A DNA stretch of 64,000 bases from Takakia lepidozioides (lineage: Eukaryota; Plantae; Bryophyta). Shown here one piece after another: positions 13,601 through 26,301 of the stretch. The DNA lies in the NCBI GenBank assembly GCA_030704615.1, contig CM060734.1:38006001-38070000 (forward strand), given 5' to 3'. The notes beneath the pieces were generated by a model, which saw only the letters and a program-made list of their open reading frames with translations, did no database searches and was not told where the DNA came from. Made by a program: the position numbers and the translations under genes. How positions within the stretch are numbered: position 1 is the first letter of the stretch; every line of letters starts with the position of its first letter.

Positions 13601-15222
13601 GTGAAGTATTTTGCCACGCAGCCCAAGTTGTCCCCAAAACAACTTAGGTGGCAAGATACTTTGGCAGTGTTCGACGTGGATATCCAGTACAAACCGGGAC
13701 GGGACAATGTGGTGGCCGATGCTTTAAGTAGAAAGCAGCAGCTCTTGTTGGTGTACAAGAGCGAGACGGCGCTCCAAAGGAAGATCCGGAAGGCTTGCCG
13801 GAAGGATGAGCTGGCAAAGTGCGTGATGCAGGACTTGAGAATGGGGGTTAAATCGCAGTTCCACTTGCAAAATGGACTGCTCCGGTATAAGCAAAAACGT
13901 CTCTATGTGCCAAAGGGAGGGATCAGAGATAGCCTCTTGAGAGAATGCCATGATAGCCCGCTTGCGGGCCACGGCGGAGCCAAGCGCACTGCGGCACTTT
14001 GAAGAAAGAGTATTTCTGGCCCAAACTGAGGGAGGAGGCAGAGGAGTATGTCAAGACATGCACCACATGCCAACAAAATCGGAGCGAGTACAAAAAGCAA
14101 GCGGGGCTGTTACAACCCTTGCCGATTCCAGAGGGGACTTGGGAAAGCGTCTCGATGGATTTCATGACTGCTATGCCGCTGTCAAAAGGATTCGATGCAA
14201 TCATGGTGGTGGTGGATAGGTTCAGTAAAATGGGTCATTTCATCCCCACCAAGGAGACGGCAACGGCACAGGAGACAGGGCGACTTTACTTCGCCCACGT
14301 CTTAAAGCATCATGGAGTTCCGAAGGATATTGTCTCGGATCGCGATCCAAAGTTCACGAGTAAATTTTGGAGGACACTTTGGAAGAAGATGGGGACGAGG
14401 CTGAAGATGAGCACCGCCTTCCGACCTACGACGGACGGCCAAACGGAAAGAGTGAATTCCGTAGTGAAGCAATTCTTGCGGAATTACGTGTCGGCAGACC
14501 AATCAGACTGGATGGAACACTTAGACGCGGCAGAGTTCTGTTATAATAACACAGAACACTCCGCAACGGGAGTCTCCCCTTTCGCATTGGTCTATGGAAA
14601 AGCACCTCTGGTGCCGACAAGTTGGGCCGCCCAGGACGTTGAGGAACCGGCAGTAGCAGCGGTACTGGAAGAACGCGAGCGTTTGTTGAAGCTCGCAAAG
14701 TACAACATTGCCAAAGCTAGGAAACGGTATGAAAGGCAGGCGAATCGGAAGCGGAGGGAAGTGAAGTTTGAGGCAGGCACAGAGGTCTGGTTGAACATCA
14801 AGAATTTCCGACTACCTCCGGAAGTGAGTCCGAAGTTCGTACCTCCGTATGCGGGTCCCTTTCGCATTCGGAAGGTTATGAATGAGGATGTGTATGAATT
14901 GGAGCTGCCGGCAAACAGCAAGGTGCACCCAGTATTCCATGTCTCCCTTTTGAAGCCTTACTTCAAAGATGAAGCACGTCCGAATCGGCATCAAGTGTTG
15001 CGTCCGCCACCTATGCTGTTGGATCATGAAAATGAACCTGAGTACGAGGTGGAGGCAATACTTAAGTCGAGGAGGTTCAAGAACCGAGAAACGGAGTATC
15101 TCGTCAAATGGAAGGGCTATCATCTTGTGGAAGCATCTTGGGTGCGTGCCTCAGAAATGGGAAACGCATCCGAGGCAGTTGCAGCGTTCGAAGGGCGACC
15201 TCAAAAGCAGAAGAAACGTTGA
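10662..15222 (+). pseudogene. gag-pol polyprotein of chromovirus (disrupted)
   Basis: Gag with CFNCGEPGHMAKKC knuckle, protease LVDTGA, RT YIDD, RNase H TDASD, integrase HHCC/DDE/GPF, chromodomain YEVEAIL..EYLVKWKGY..SW. Frameshifts near 10.77, 10.97, 12.145 and 14.0 kb; TGA at 12239-12241. Confidence 0.93.
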
Positions 15223-16129
15223 TGGGGACATCAACCTTGGAGCGTGGGGGAGGAAATGCATGCTTAGCCCGGTTTAGCTAGCTCAGGAATCCGATTGCAA
15301 AAACTTGTATTGTACAAAAATTTGTTATAAAGGAAATGGGTTCCAAATATTGTGCATCCTATTGTGTTTGGAATGGTGATGCATGGTGCGGTTGGCTAGT
15401 GTGTAGAATGCATGCTAGCTTACAAAAGTGGGAGAGGTAAATTGGGTTAATCGTGTGTTTGCGCAGTGCCGAAATCGGGTGACTCCCATCCAAGGGGCAA
15501 GGAAAACTTGCGCCTTATTTGGGAGTTCACGTGCTAGTGCGCACCTGGCGCGTGCGCGTACTATAACTGCGCTACCGAGGGGGTTGCCTTGTAGTGCGGG
15601 CTAACGCGGAAGCTACGTGCTTCCGTTCACGTACTATAATCGTGTAGCCTCGGGACGAAGTCGTAGTGCGGCTTCGGCGTGTTCCCGTACCTCAGGCCAG
15701 CATTCCAAGGCGGACCCAATTGTAGTGATTGGGGCGCACGGTTGGTTCAAGGTTATCTTCCTAGTCAAAGAGGGTTCCAGGTGAATCCTTGCTCAAGGTG
15801 ATGCCAAAAGCGGCATCATGAGCGATCGCAAGCAATGTTGTTGCAGTAAGGCGATTCGATCCTCGGGGAGGATCGTTCCTTGGCCTTGAAGTAGGCCAAG
15901 AAGAGTGCACTGGGAGGAGCTGGAGAGGCTCCACCCTTGGCCGGGACTTGGAGGAAGTCGGTCGAACTAGCTAGTGGAGAGTAGAGTCAAGTGTGGGGTT
16001 TGGTTCTTTGCCATGGGACGCCATGGTACGGAAACAAACTCCTTGATGTGGGACGCCACAACTTGGATGTTCGTTTCTACAAAATGGACAAGTTGATGAG
16101 GACATCGACTCCCTGTTGGTAGGGGTGTG

Positions 16130-16854
16130 TGTCGCGGCCCTTTGCCTTGAGGGCGGGGGGTCGGGACACATGAGGGGCTGCCCCTATGGTGGGGGCAGCA
16201 GCAGCAATAGGTATGGGGGGGCTGAAGCACCCTTGAGTGTCCAAGGCACTCAAAGAGGTGGAGGCGCTCACTAGGTGGAGCCCTGCACACCGGGTTGCGG
16301 TGGGGGTGGCTCCACAAGGGGTGGTGGTAGCTTAGCGGGTCTTAGTGGGGGTGGCATAGAACTCACCATAGGGTGGAGACCTCGTGGTGGGAGTCGTGGG
16401 GAGTCTTGGGACTCATCACGGCCCAAGGGGGTCGTGGTGAGAGGGCCAAGACTCACCGCGACTCACCCCTGGGAGTCGAGGGTCTTCGTGGTGGTTCGCC
16501 ATAAAATGGCATGGCTGGTTGTGAAACCCCCGCGGACAGCTACAGAAGTATATATAGGGAGTAGTAACCCCGAGAACGGTGCAAGCCCGTTGGTGACCAA
16601 AAACTAGTGAGTAAGCGTGCGAGCCGGAAAGCGACCAAAGAGTGGGGAGCTGTTCCGGACTGCCATCTACCAAAGGGAATTCCACTAGGCCCAAATAGGT
16701 GGAGGGTCTTTCAGGAGAGCAAAGGGGGACCATTATGTCCCGGTGAGCAGCCGAAGCTCCAAGTTGGCCCGGCGGCCGGTTGGGAGTCAGGCGCGCGCAT
16801 CAAAGCGAGTAACTATGACTTGAGGGGGAGCTTACCGAAGTGAGGTGCGCGACA
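16130..16854 (+). repeat. 3' LTR of chromovirus
   Basis: Near-identical to 9882-10606; followed by TSD AACTT. Confidence 0.97.
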
Positions 16855-16872
16855 AACTTCGTGCGGTGTTCG

Positions 16873-18290
16873 ATGGCTCCGAATTCCTACGCTATAGTTT
16901 GCTGTCCTCCACAACTTGGGAGAGCCTGGATCCCAAACGAGGGAGGACTTTGCAGAGTGACTGAAACTTACCTTTGTTCCAAATTCAAGCTCAAACCGGG
17001 CACAGTTTATTTGGAAGAAGAAAGGAAGGATGTTCCTGGACAGGTTGACGAGACCATTGTCGTGCTAGGTAACGACGGAGGTTGCGGAATCGAATGGCAC
17101 GTACCCCCATCAGACACCATCCTGTACCGAGCTGTGGGAATGCCCATTCCCTTTCCGAATCAGTCGCTGCCCACACCATCCACAAAGGAGTCCGGAAACC
17201 GACAGGCGGCCACTGCCAACAGAGAGGTATGCAACGATAATCATTCCCGACCTGGACCGTCAAGACCCTCCATAGCTTCTCGTGTGGACGTATTCGACAT
17301 TTCCGACGAGGAAGATGATTGCATTGAGGTCCCCATGTCATCCACACGGTCGTTCAAATCCGGCATGGACGTCTCTGTAGGTGCTACGCATGTGCCCACG
17401 AGCATAACTCCAACCCGGTCCATTGTGCAGCTCCTACGACAACATCACCTCGATGGTTCTCGCTCCGAGCTGGCTGCTCTCGACTATGCCAAATTCCCAG
17501 TCAGAAAGGTAACGTTTCTGCCTCCCGAAGTCGATGGCAATGTCATCTTCGAGTTTCCACCTGTTTCTTTGTCAAACAAAGCCTCCGGGATGTTAACAGA
17601 CATGGATCGAAAGCATGACGGACACCCCTGGTGTGTGACGAAGACTAGTAGCACGAAAATTGCTGATGGTGTTCGTGTACGATATGTCCTCTGTGCGGGG
17701 AAGCTGAGGTGCCTCAATCCCATCTGCTTCCACTTTCTCTCCAAAGGAGGGCGGAGAAACGAGACGGATTGGACTGGCACAACGCATCATCCATTCATTG
17801 TCTCCAGCCAAGCTCCTGCGGGTTCTTTCAAGTGTGCACATTGCAAAGAACCACCGACGTGCATGTCCATGTGCAGAGCCAAGCAATATTACGTAATCCA
17901 TTTGCTCCCGGACTTGACTAGAGCTTGCATACACGTTGGGGTCCACTGCCACCCCTTGGCAAGAGGCAACATGCGTGAGGCTGTATAGGAAGCACACGAC
18001 ATCATAAAAGAGGAGGTGAAATTGAGCCCCGGAGCCAGACCAAAGCAGATTCAGCTGAAGGCAGCCCACAAGATTGCTCTTGGCAAAATCATGTCTGAAG
18101 ATGGTTCCGACCGAGAGCCTTTGACCGAAGAGGAGATGCGTGACCTCTTGGAGTCCGTCTCGCACGTTTGTAGTCCGAATGTGCGGAATCACATCGTATC
18201 TTGCAAGCAGGAGTTCGGCAGGGGGTCGGACATGTACTCAATCCTGGAGGTGAAATGAATGGCTGGATATGACTACATCCAAGGTAGCAG
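16873..18290 (+). pseudogene. N-terminal half of GCM-like-domain MULE transposase (3'-truncated)
   Basis: DMDRKHDGHPWCVTKTS..CAGKLRCLNPIC..CAHC..TRACIHVGVHCHP..SPNVRN matches GMDKKHDGHPWCRTKTS..CVGHCKCVNISC..CRFC..TRACIHMGTHEHP..SPNIRN at 37.9-38.7 kb; stops at 17986 and 18256. Confidence 0.85.
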
Positions 18291-18999
18291 GTGCCAGCTG
18301 CCCCCTAAGCCAGGTTGGCACCAATTACAGACTAGGTTGCACACAAAAACATCAGAGGAGTGAACTTCGTTCCTTGACTCAACTGAGCATCACCAGTCGC
18401 AATCCATAGCAACAGCCCTTTCATAAGGAACAGAGACACGAGTCTCCAAAGAGCACATGAAACCACATGCAGGTGAAGGTGATCTGCCTACAATTTGCTT
18501 GTCACAGCTTTGCTGCAACAGACACAGCATACCCATTAGACGGAGCAGAAATGGTCATGTGCATTTCAGAGCTTTCCTGGAGAACTCGTCTGACCATCCT
18601 TCTGCTACAATTGTGCATGTTGTTTGTACTAGATTGTCGCAGAAGCTACCTGCAAGTGAACAGAGTGGCATTTAGCATTTGCAGCTGACCCCTACAACCT
18701 CGTAAGCATCTTGTCCAAAAAGCTGCTGTATTCGGTAAAGCCACGTTGCTAATGTGAACTGCCTCCACAGCTGAGCCTCTGTTGCCGTCTCAATGTCATC
18801 CCTCCACGCTCCCGGCATGCCCACCAAATGAAGACCTGGAAACAATATCGATCACCCGGCAACGTAACCCTGCAGCTTAAGCGACTGTCGACCATATAAC
18901 GGCTAGCCAGTCAACGCAACGAGCTCCGCCCTGCTCTGATCTGCCAAAGAATCTTCACCTATTCATCCTTTGCACTCCCAGGGTAAGACGAGACAAGCT

Positions 19000-19150
19000 A
19001 GTCCGTGGCCTGGGCTCCCTCCGCTTCAGGATTGTTGATCAAATGCAGCACCTTGGTTGTTGACCGGTCATATTCCCCGTGTCCTAGTTTGGACTCCAAG
19101 ACTGCAAGAGTGCAGGTATCAGCGTTCACAGCTTGCCAGCGCTGCTCCAT
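19000..19150 (-). pseudogene. Fragment resembling spindle checkpoint protein MAD1 (MAD2-binding region)
   Basis: Minus-strand translation LAVLESKLGHGEYDRSTTKVLHLINNPE resembles the LESKLGHGDY..TxVL segment I recall from plant MAD1; flanks degenerate. Confidence 0.55.
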
Positions 19151-19364
19151 GCTGCACGGTAGAGCTTATCTATAAGCTTACTGGGGAAACAATCATCCAG
19201 CTTCAAGGATCACGTATAGGTGCCAACTAGCATTTGCTGCTGCATTTTTAAGTCTCTCCTCGTGTACTCCAAAGCCTCTGGTGACTTGGTAGCTTTAGCG
19301 ACTGCAATAACAGTGGCGGCTCCGGCATCGTCATCCTCCAGGCGTTTCAGGGCACGCTGAATCT

Positions 19365-19832
19365 TGTGATCACATTCAATGATATGCTTCTCAAACTAAG
19401 CACTACTTACACACAGGTAATCTTGCAAGTGCTAACCCTCAACTCCTACCTTGCACTCACAGGTAAGAAATCATCTTTCTCGAGTGATAGAAAACCAACG
19501 AACACACTGTTTACACAAAACATGAAAACCAAACCATCACTCTTAGAAATAGTAGTCGAGCCAGGGGCACCCCAAGCTATGGGGACTCCACCCCACAACA
19601 ACCTGTACCCCTACATAAGCACACTCAAATCTAACCGCATGCAGGAGCTTGGTCGCGCAGGCTCAACTCGAGAAAGATGAGCCGCGCGACTGCCGCTCTC
19701 GTGAAGATAAGACGGACCAGGTGTCAAACTAAACTTGACACCTGATTTAACACTTGACCTAAATCCAAGTGTTAAATACAAATAACTAGTTTTATTCTAG
19801 CTGTTTTCACACTGTGCTTATGTAACTTGACA
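19365..19832 (-). repeat. LTR-like module related to the 5' end of the DNMT-Gypsy element
   Basis: Starts TGTCAAGTTA on the minus strand like 51092; shares GGCTCATCTTTCTCGAGTTGAGCCT and TATCACTCGAGAAAGATGA; no TSD seen. Confidence 0.65.
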
Positions 19833-21829
19833 AACAGTTTAATGCAGTCCCAGCCTTCATCCACCCATTGAAACAAGGTAAGAATATGAAAACACTCGTT
19901 CTCCTTCGAAGGGTCCAAGCCCAAAGCATGTGGCCCCCACTCTTTGTTAGGAGCACACATGAATCTTGACCTAAGTACAATGGTGTTAGGCTGTTTTGCA
20001 GCTGCACTGTTGGTATCATCGTAAAAGCCAGACCAGCCCACTCTACTTGCAAATACATGTGTTGTAAGAATGATATCCCCTGTTGTGGGTTTTGACCAAT
20101 CCACCAACGCTTCCAATCCAGAGATGCGAGTCCCCACGATGCTAGTAATATCTCCTACCAACTCCTTGTTAGTGTCAACATCACAAAAGCTTCCTCTTGC
20201 AGCCACGAGCTGCCTACTCCTTCTTGAGCGTCTGACATTGCTAAGTGCGAGAGGCGGAAGTGAAAGAGGCAGCAACATCAGGCAAATGGGTGAGGGAGAG
20301 TGCGACGAGGCAAGGGGGGATCTGAGGAAACTCAACGAGTTTGGGAGTGCTGAATTGCAGTGTCATGTGGGGAGAGTATGTGTTCGGTAAGGCTGGAGAA
20401 CATGACTTTTGGAGGGGGTAAGTCATGTGCTGCACGATTTCGGATGGGCACATGCATCTTGAGGAGCAAAGGGATACTGATTCCACCATCCGCTGAGGTG
20501 CGCATTGGTCCACATGTATGGACAACACATGCATGAAGTGGAGGCAATGTCTCTGATTGGCAGCCTCCACCCACATGACAGTAGGGCGGGAAAAAGTGGC
20601 GGGTGCTTTTGAGGGATGCGTCGTTTTGAATTGGCATTGCCACAGTCAGTATTCTCATTCTTGGTGGGATGTTTTGTTCACAAACGTGGTTGGAGAGGCA
20701 TTATATTTATTGCTATCTGAACCCACTGGAGTGGGGGCAACATAGCTGCATTTTATGATGGACAGAAAGCTTAGTCTTGACATTTTAGACATTTTGGGGT
20801 CCGAACGAACTTGTGTCCACGTTGTTCCCTGTAACATGACTGGCAGCTTTGTCCTTGCACCTATGCTCTGCAATCATATAAATAACAACATTCCATGGGC
20901 ATTGTATTCATGCCAGTTGTGCATGCTCCCTTTCATGTGGAAGACAAGTATGGGTGATCGTTCTTCAATACCTTATGTACTGGATGCCAGAGAGCATTGG
21001 AAAATGTCTTTGTACCCTTAATGCTAGTCCTTTGCTAAGGAAACAATACCAACTTCAAATGAAACAGTTGTACATGGCCAGCGACTCAAAGTAGGTATTC
21101 AACTACAGAGATGCATGTAAATGTGTTAATTTGGAATGCCATCTTCATTTGCAAATGCTTGCCTCATGATGGAGAAACTGAGTTTGAGCCCATGCATTTG
21201 AAGAAGGTCTCCTGATTCGAAAGGGCCTACTGAACTACAGTGACCCAAACCAAAGATCCAAACTCCCAGCAAGTTGAACTACATCCCAACTCACATGTAA
21301 GAGTTTAATGAGGCTACAAACCGAAAGAGAATGAGCCCTGTATCTGATGCTATTGTTATGATGGTCTCCAATACTAGAAAGTCGCCTCTTCGAGGCAACA
21401 ATACGCAGAGCTCGGTTTCAAACCCGCTGAGGCGGTTCAGAGTGTGTCCTAAACCCTAAACCTCAATGAAAAGCAACATACAAGTCCTCGTTGGCAGGCG
21501 GAAAAGATGCATTGGTCTTCCTCACCGTCTCAAGATTGATATTTTTTCCAAAATTATAGGAATAATCTTTCTTTTCTGTTTCCCATTGGTGACTAACTTC
21601 ATTCCTCCGCCGCCACATGTATTAGCCACAATATTTAAGATCCAAAGCACTGCACCACCCCCTCATAGTTCACCATCCCATTTCCATGCACACACAAATT
21701 TGAAAAGACGTGTTCAGTCGGAAGGGCTGCTTCAGATTATCCCTGCATAGACCAGCCTCATTTCCCATTAACTCAGCATACACCCCATGGAAATGACAGA
21801 CCTGAAGTTCAGAACCAGGAGAAAGACAT

Positions 21830-24315
21830 GATCCATGAGACCTCCATATGCTGACTTACCTGAAGTCCTTCAGCCGGTGTACAACCTCTTCTTGGTCCTG
21901 GAATCTTGGGGCACGGGTGGGTAATTTCCCGAGTAGCCATGCCTCTCCAAAAAGTCTTTGTAGCGTGCAAGTGACTTTCCATTCCCATCATCAACAACAG
22001 TCATAACTGGCTCCCCAGCAGGGTACTGAAGACCCTCCTCCATCATGGCAGTGAGGTCCAAAATCTTTCCTTTTGTAGCTCTCACCAAGGCAAGAAGGTG
22101 TTGCTGGAGAAATATGTTGTCATCCGTCAGTTCAAGAATAGTTTGTCACTCTGTGGAGATGAGGGCAGGTAGGCTGGGCAGTGGACTTCGACCAGCGGAT
22201 GTTCTCTGTGTCGCGACCCTTTGCCTTGAGGGCAGGGGGTCGGGATGCAGAGGGGCTGCCCCTGTGGTGGGGGCGGTGGCAACAATAGGTACGGGGGGCT
22301 GAAGCACCCTTGAGTGCCTAAGGCACTCAAGGAGGCGGATGCGCTAACTAGGTGGAGCCCCGCACACATGGTTGCGGTGGGGGTGACTCCACAAGGGGTG
22401 GTAGTAGCTTAGTGGGACTTAATGGGGGTGGCATAGGACTCACCATGGGGCGGAGACCTTGTGGTGGGAGTCGTGGGGAGTCTTGGGACTCATCACGGTC
22501 CAATGGGGCCGTGGTGGGTGGGCCAAGACTCACCACAACTCATCACTGGGAATCGAGGGTCTTCGTGGTGGTTCGCCATAAAAGGATGGTGTTGTTTGTG
22601 GAACCCCCGCGGACAGTCACAGAAGTATATATAGGGAGTAGTAACCCCGAGAACGGTGCAAGCCCGTTGGTGACCAAAAACTAGTGAGTAAGCGAGCGAG
22701 CCGGAAAGCGACCAAGGAGTGGGGAGCTATTCCGGACTGCCATCTACCAAAGGGAATTTCCACTAGGCCCAAATTGGTGGAGGGTCTTTCGGGGAAAGAA
22801 AGGGGGACCGTTATGTCCCGGTGAGCAGCCAAAGCTCCGAGTTGGCCCGGCGGCCAGGTTGGGAGTTAGGCGCGCGCATCAAAGTGAGTAATATGACTTG
22901 AAGGGGGAGCTTACCGAAGTGAGGTGTGCGACACTCTGAGCCATTGAAGGGGAGGTCAGACCTGGGGGAGTTTGTGAAGAGGATGGGATGGAAGAAGGGG
23001 AGTCATGACCAGTCATCAAGTTGTTCAGGCCACCTTTACATGTGCCCATGAGGGAACCGCAGAACTTTGCAATCAGCCCTCCTCCACTTGGGGGTGCAAC
23101 ATCTTCAGAACCTTCACCTGGTGTGCGCACATATTTCCTTTCTGGGCCCAATGACAATCACAACATGCCCATTTAGAATCCGGATTGTGGATAATATATG
23201 TCATACCCAAATGGTGGTGGCATTCAACTGTTGCAATGCCTCCGGGTGTATGAGGCAGATGCACATTGGCATCTGGAATGTCCTTAGCAAACAAGATTGA
23301 AGTGCAAACAAATCCCTCCTGCCGCTTGTTTCGGATGATCCCATATGCCTTTGCATGTGACATGTAATGGGTTAGCACATCACATGTCAGTTCAGAGATG
23401 AGCCAATCCACCCGCCTACTACCAAGGACGCTTTTGGTGCTCTTCAATTGCGCTTTCAGGTTCCCATGGCAGGCTTCTATGGCAGCATTAGTGTCTTGAG
23501 AGGCATGAGGTATATTGCGGGATCCTTTCATCCACATTTTGGCTTTGGAAGCCACTCTGTCTCCATGTAGGTGCAGAATTCTGTCTCAGAAAGGTACTTC
23601 TCCCACAGGTCCAGAATTTTGAATACGGCCCATGCTTCACCTGCATCCCCAAAGGTCTCCTTTCTTTCGTACATGATCTGTGCCAGGTCTTGTAAGATAG
23701 CCGCTCGCAATACTGGGTCTTTCACCTTTGCAACTGCATTCTTCTGCCAGGCTCGACGAACATGCCACAAGCACAAGAAAACAGCACAATCCCCCCAAAC
23801 AGATTTGTTCTCTTATCAGGTAGGTAAACTGAAATTCATGTGTAACCAAGACATCATGGTAGGCATATTGCGTGAGTTCATGGACGTACCTAATGGCAGC
23901 AATTTCAGCATCAGCGTCATCCACAATAAATGCATTGGGACGTCAGTCTACTTGCCGACTTGTCATTTGTTTGTTTAGTGCATCCATCCAAGGCGTCAGA
24001 TCGATGGTTTTGCACCTTGTAGTGATAGTGTAAGCCACTGGAATACCATTCAGCCAATCGTCGAATACCATCATGGTATATAACGGGTACTACAACAACA
24101 ATCATGTGTAACTGAAGTGACTTGAAAGGAAATGGTTGCAAAACAAAGTACTTCACACGAAGAACGTAATTTGTCATGCTTTCAAGAAATTCGGGTTAAC
24201 AATCTGACGAACCATTTGTTCCAAAGGTTGCATCACAAACAACTATGCGACGATGGCCGTGTTTGAGCATCTGCTTTCTCTGCCAATCAGTTTGTATGCC
24301 AAGCACAAATGGAAG
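21830..24315 (-). pseudogene. MULE transposase with SWIM finger (second lineage), spliced, interrupted by a solo LTR
   Basis: PFVLGIQTDWQ..DATFGTN..MVFDDWLNGIPVA..FIVDDADAEI..CLWHVRRAW..TNAAIEACH..RRVDWL..CDCHWAQKGNMCAHQVK: DDE, CxxH and SWIM motifs; 5'-truncated. Confidence 0.85.
22209..22933 (+). mobile_element. Solo LTR of the chromovirus family
   Basis: 725 bp, TG..CA, diverged homologue of 9882-10606; TSD CTCTG (22204-22208, 22934-22938). Confidence 0.95.
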
Positions 24316-24347
24316 GTCGAGTTTTCTGCCATTCAACGTCCAAGCAG

Positions 24348-25425
24348 GGTGATTAGAAGATACTACTTGCAGGTTACTGGTGGCCTACTTTGTTCAAGGA
24401 TGTACACAAATATTGCAAGAATTGTGTCAAAGGCTAGGACCATTGCAGAGATCTGGGAAGATGGCTTTGCATCCTACGATGTCTACTGAACCATTTCAGA
24501 AATGGGGACTAGACTTTGTTGGACCAATTAATCCACCAGCCAGAAATACATAGAACAAGTATATAATCACAGCCACTGATTATACTACAAAGTGGGTGGA
24601 AGCTAAAGCTCTGAGGGACAACACAACTAAGTCTACAGCAAGGTTCTTGTATGAGAAGATACTTACAAGATTTGGTTGTCCCCTGGAATTTATCAGTGAC
24701 CAGGGAAGTCACTTCATTACTGAGACCATAGAACGATTGATTAAAGAGTTCATGATTGTGCATAGGAAGAGTACAACCTATTACCCACAAGGTAATGGGC
24801 TGGCAGAGGCTACCAACAAAATACTATGTACTATCTTGGCTAAGATAGTCAATGCAAACAGAACTGATTGGGATACAAAGCTGCTGACAGCTTTGTGGTT
24901 ATACAGGACTTCATATAAAGTCACCACTAAGTATACACCATTCCAATTAGTTTATGATATGGAAGCTTTAATTCCAGTGGAATTCTTGTTACCTACCATG
25001 AGAACTGAATAGGGAAGGAGAATGGAATTGGAAGATTCAATTAAGGTCAGGAAACATGAATTATACCATGTGGAAGAAGTACGTGCTGATGCAGCGGATA
25101 ACATGACCAGAATTCAGATGAAGAGGAAGGATCAGTTTGATGAAGTAAATTAAGACTTTTAAGACGAGAGATTTGGTTATGTGGTTGCAGAAGAAGGGAA
25201 AGATTAAAGCTTCTAAGCTTAAATCACCATGGAAGGGACGTTATGTCATACAGAAGATGTATGATAATAACACCGTCATGTTACAAACCATTAACAAAGA
25301 AATGATGGGAAGAGTCAATGCAATAAATTGAAGGGATACAGTGGTATCCATGACAAACCATTACAGCACGATTTGCACGATGAAACACAAAAACAGTCAC
25401 GGACTGCGCCGGTATGGTTGCCAGA
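24348..25425 (+). pseudogene. Non-chromovirus Gypsy integrase fragment
   Basis: [49 protein letters not shown]; several stops. Confidence 0.9.
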
Positions 25426-26301
25426 TGTCGAGCGGCTTTTACTCACCCATCCCTTTGCTATCCGAGGCGAAAATTCCAAGATAGAAGAGTTGGATATCTC
25501 TAAACACTCAGCCCGCTCAGAACAATCAGTCATGACCTACAGCTAGTGAATCATGGTTGTGCTTCCTATTTGTATTTCTTCTTGCCTTCATGTTAGCCAA
25601 TTACCTTACTGTGTATACTGAAGCATCAGATTGCTTCAGTATCTATCAAGTTCCAATCAATCATTCATTCATTCCACAGCTTCACTCTTGTCTCTCTACA
25701 CAGTGTATTTGTATCGAGTTAGTATCAGATTATGATTTATCAGGTATCAGGCCAATGCCATGATGTCCCTAATGTACCCTATTGTATGTTTCTACAGCTT
25801 GCATGAATTAAGTCACAATCAAGTCATCATCTCCTCTTCACTGTTTCCGCTCTCCGTTTCGTCTCCTCTTCCCCTGACCAAGTCGCGCTCTCCAAGAAGT
25901 GATCCCCTTCCTGTTGCCGCCCTGCCTAATCTACCTGCAAGCTGTTCTAACCACCTAACTAACTAACTGTCACCCCTGAAGTAACACGTTCCCTCTGCAG
26001 ATGTTGTTCCCGCACAATCGTTCCATGTCAATGATAACCGTTCCCTATGTACGTTGTGACAGGCTGTGCCAAGCTGTGCCAAGCTGTGTCGGGCTGTGAC
26101 TGTGCCGAGCTGTGACTGACTGTGTCATGCTGTGTCGGGCTGTGATTGGCTGTGTAAAGCTTGTCTACCACCCCTAAAGCCTGCACCTGTCACCCCTAAG
26201 GCTTTTATTGGTCTCAGTCTATCATCCGTAAGTCTGTGCAAAAATTAAGGGTACCCCACAGAACCCGTAAAAGCGTCTAAGTCCCAAACAGCCCTCTAAC
26301 A
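25426..26301 (-). mobile_element. Single LTR of Gypsy family A, no TSD
   Basis: Reverse-complement homologue of 8100-8925; flanks CCAGA and AGATA differ. Confidence 0.85.

Larger units (their letters stand above)
9882..16854 (+). mobile_element. Full-length Ty3/Gypsy chromovirus LTR retrotransposon, recent insertion
   Basis: 725-bp LTRs 9882-10606 and 16130-16854 (TG..CA, 4 differences by eye), TSD AACTT (9877-9881, 16855-16859), PBS, gag-PR-RT-RH-INT-chromodomain order. Confidence 0.97.

Noticed and set aside
19840-21800. Second gene of the 22-24 kb MULE
   Set aside because: Overlapping short ORFs on both strands with no motif I could recognise; left uncalled.
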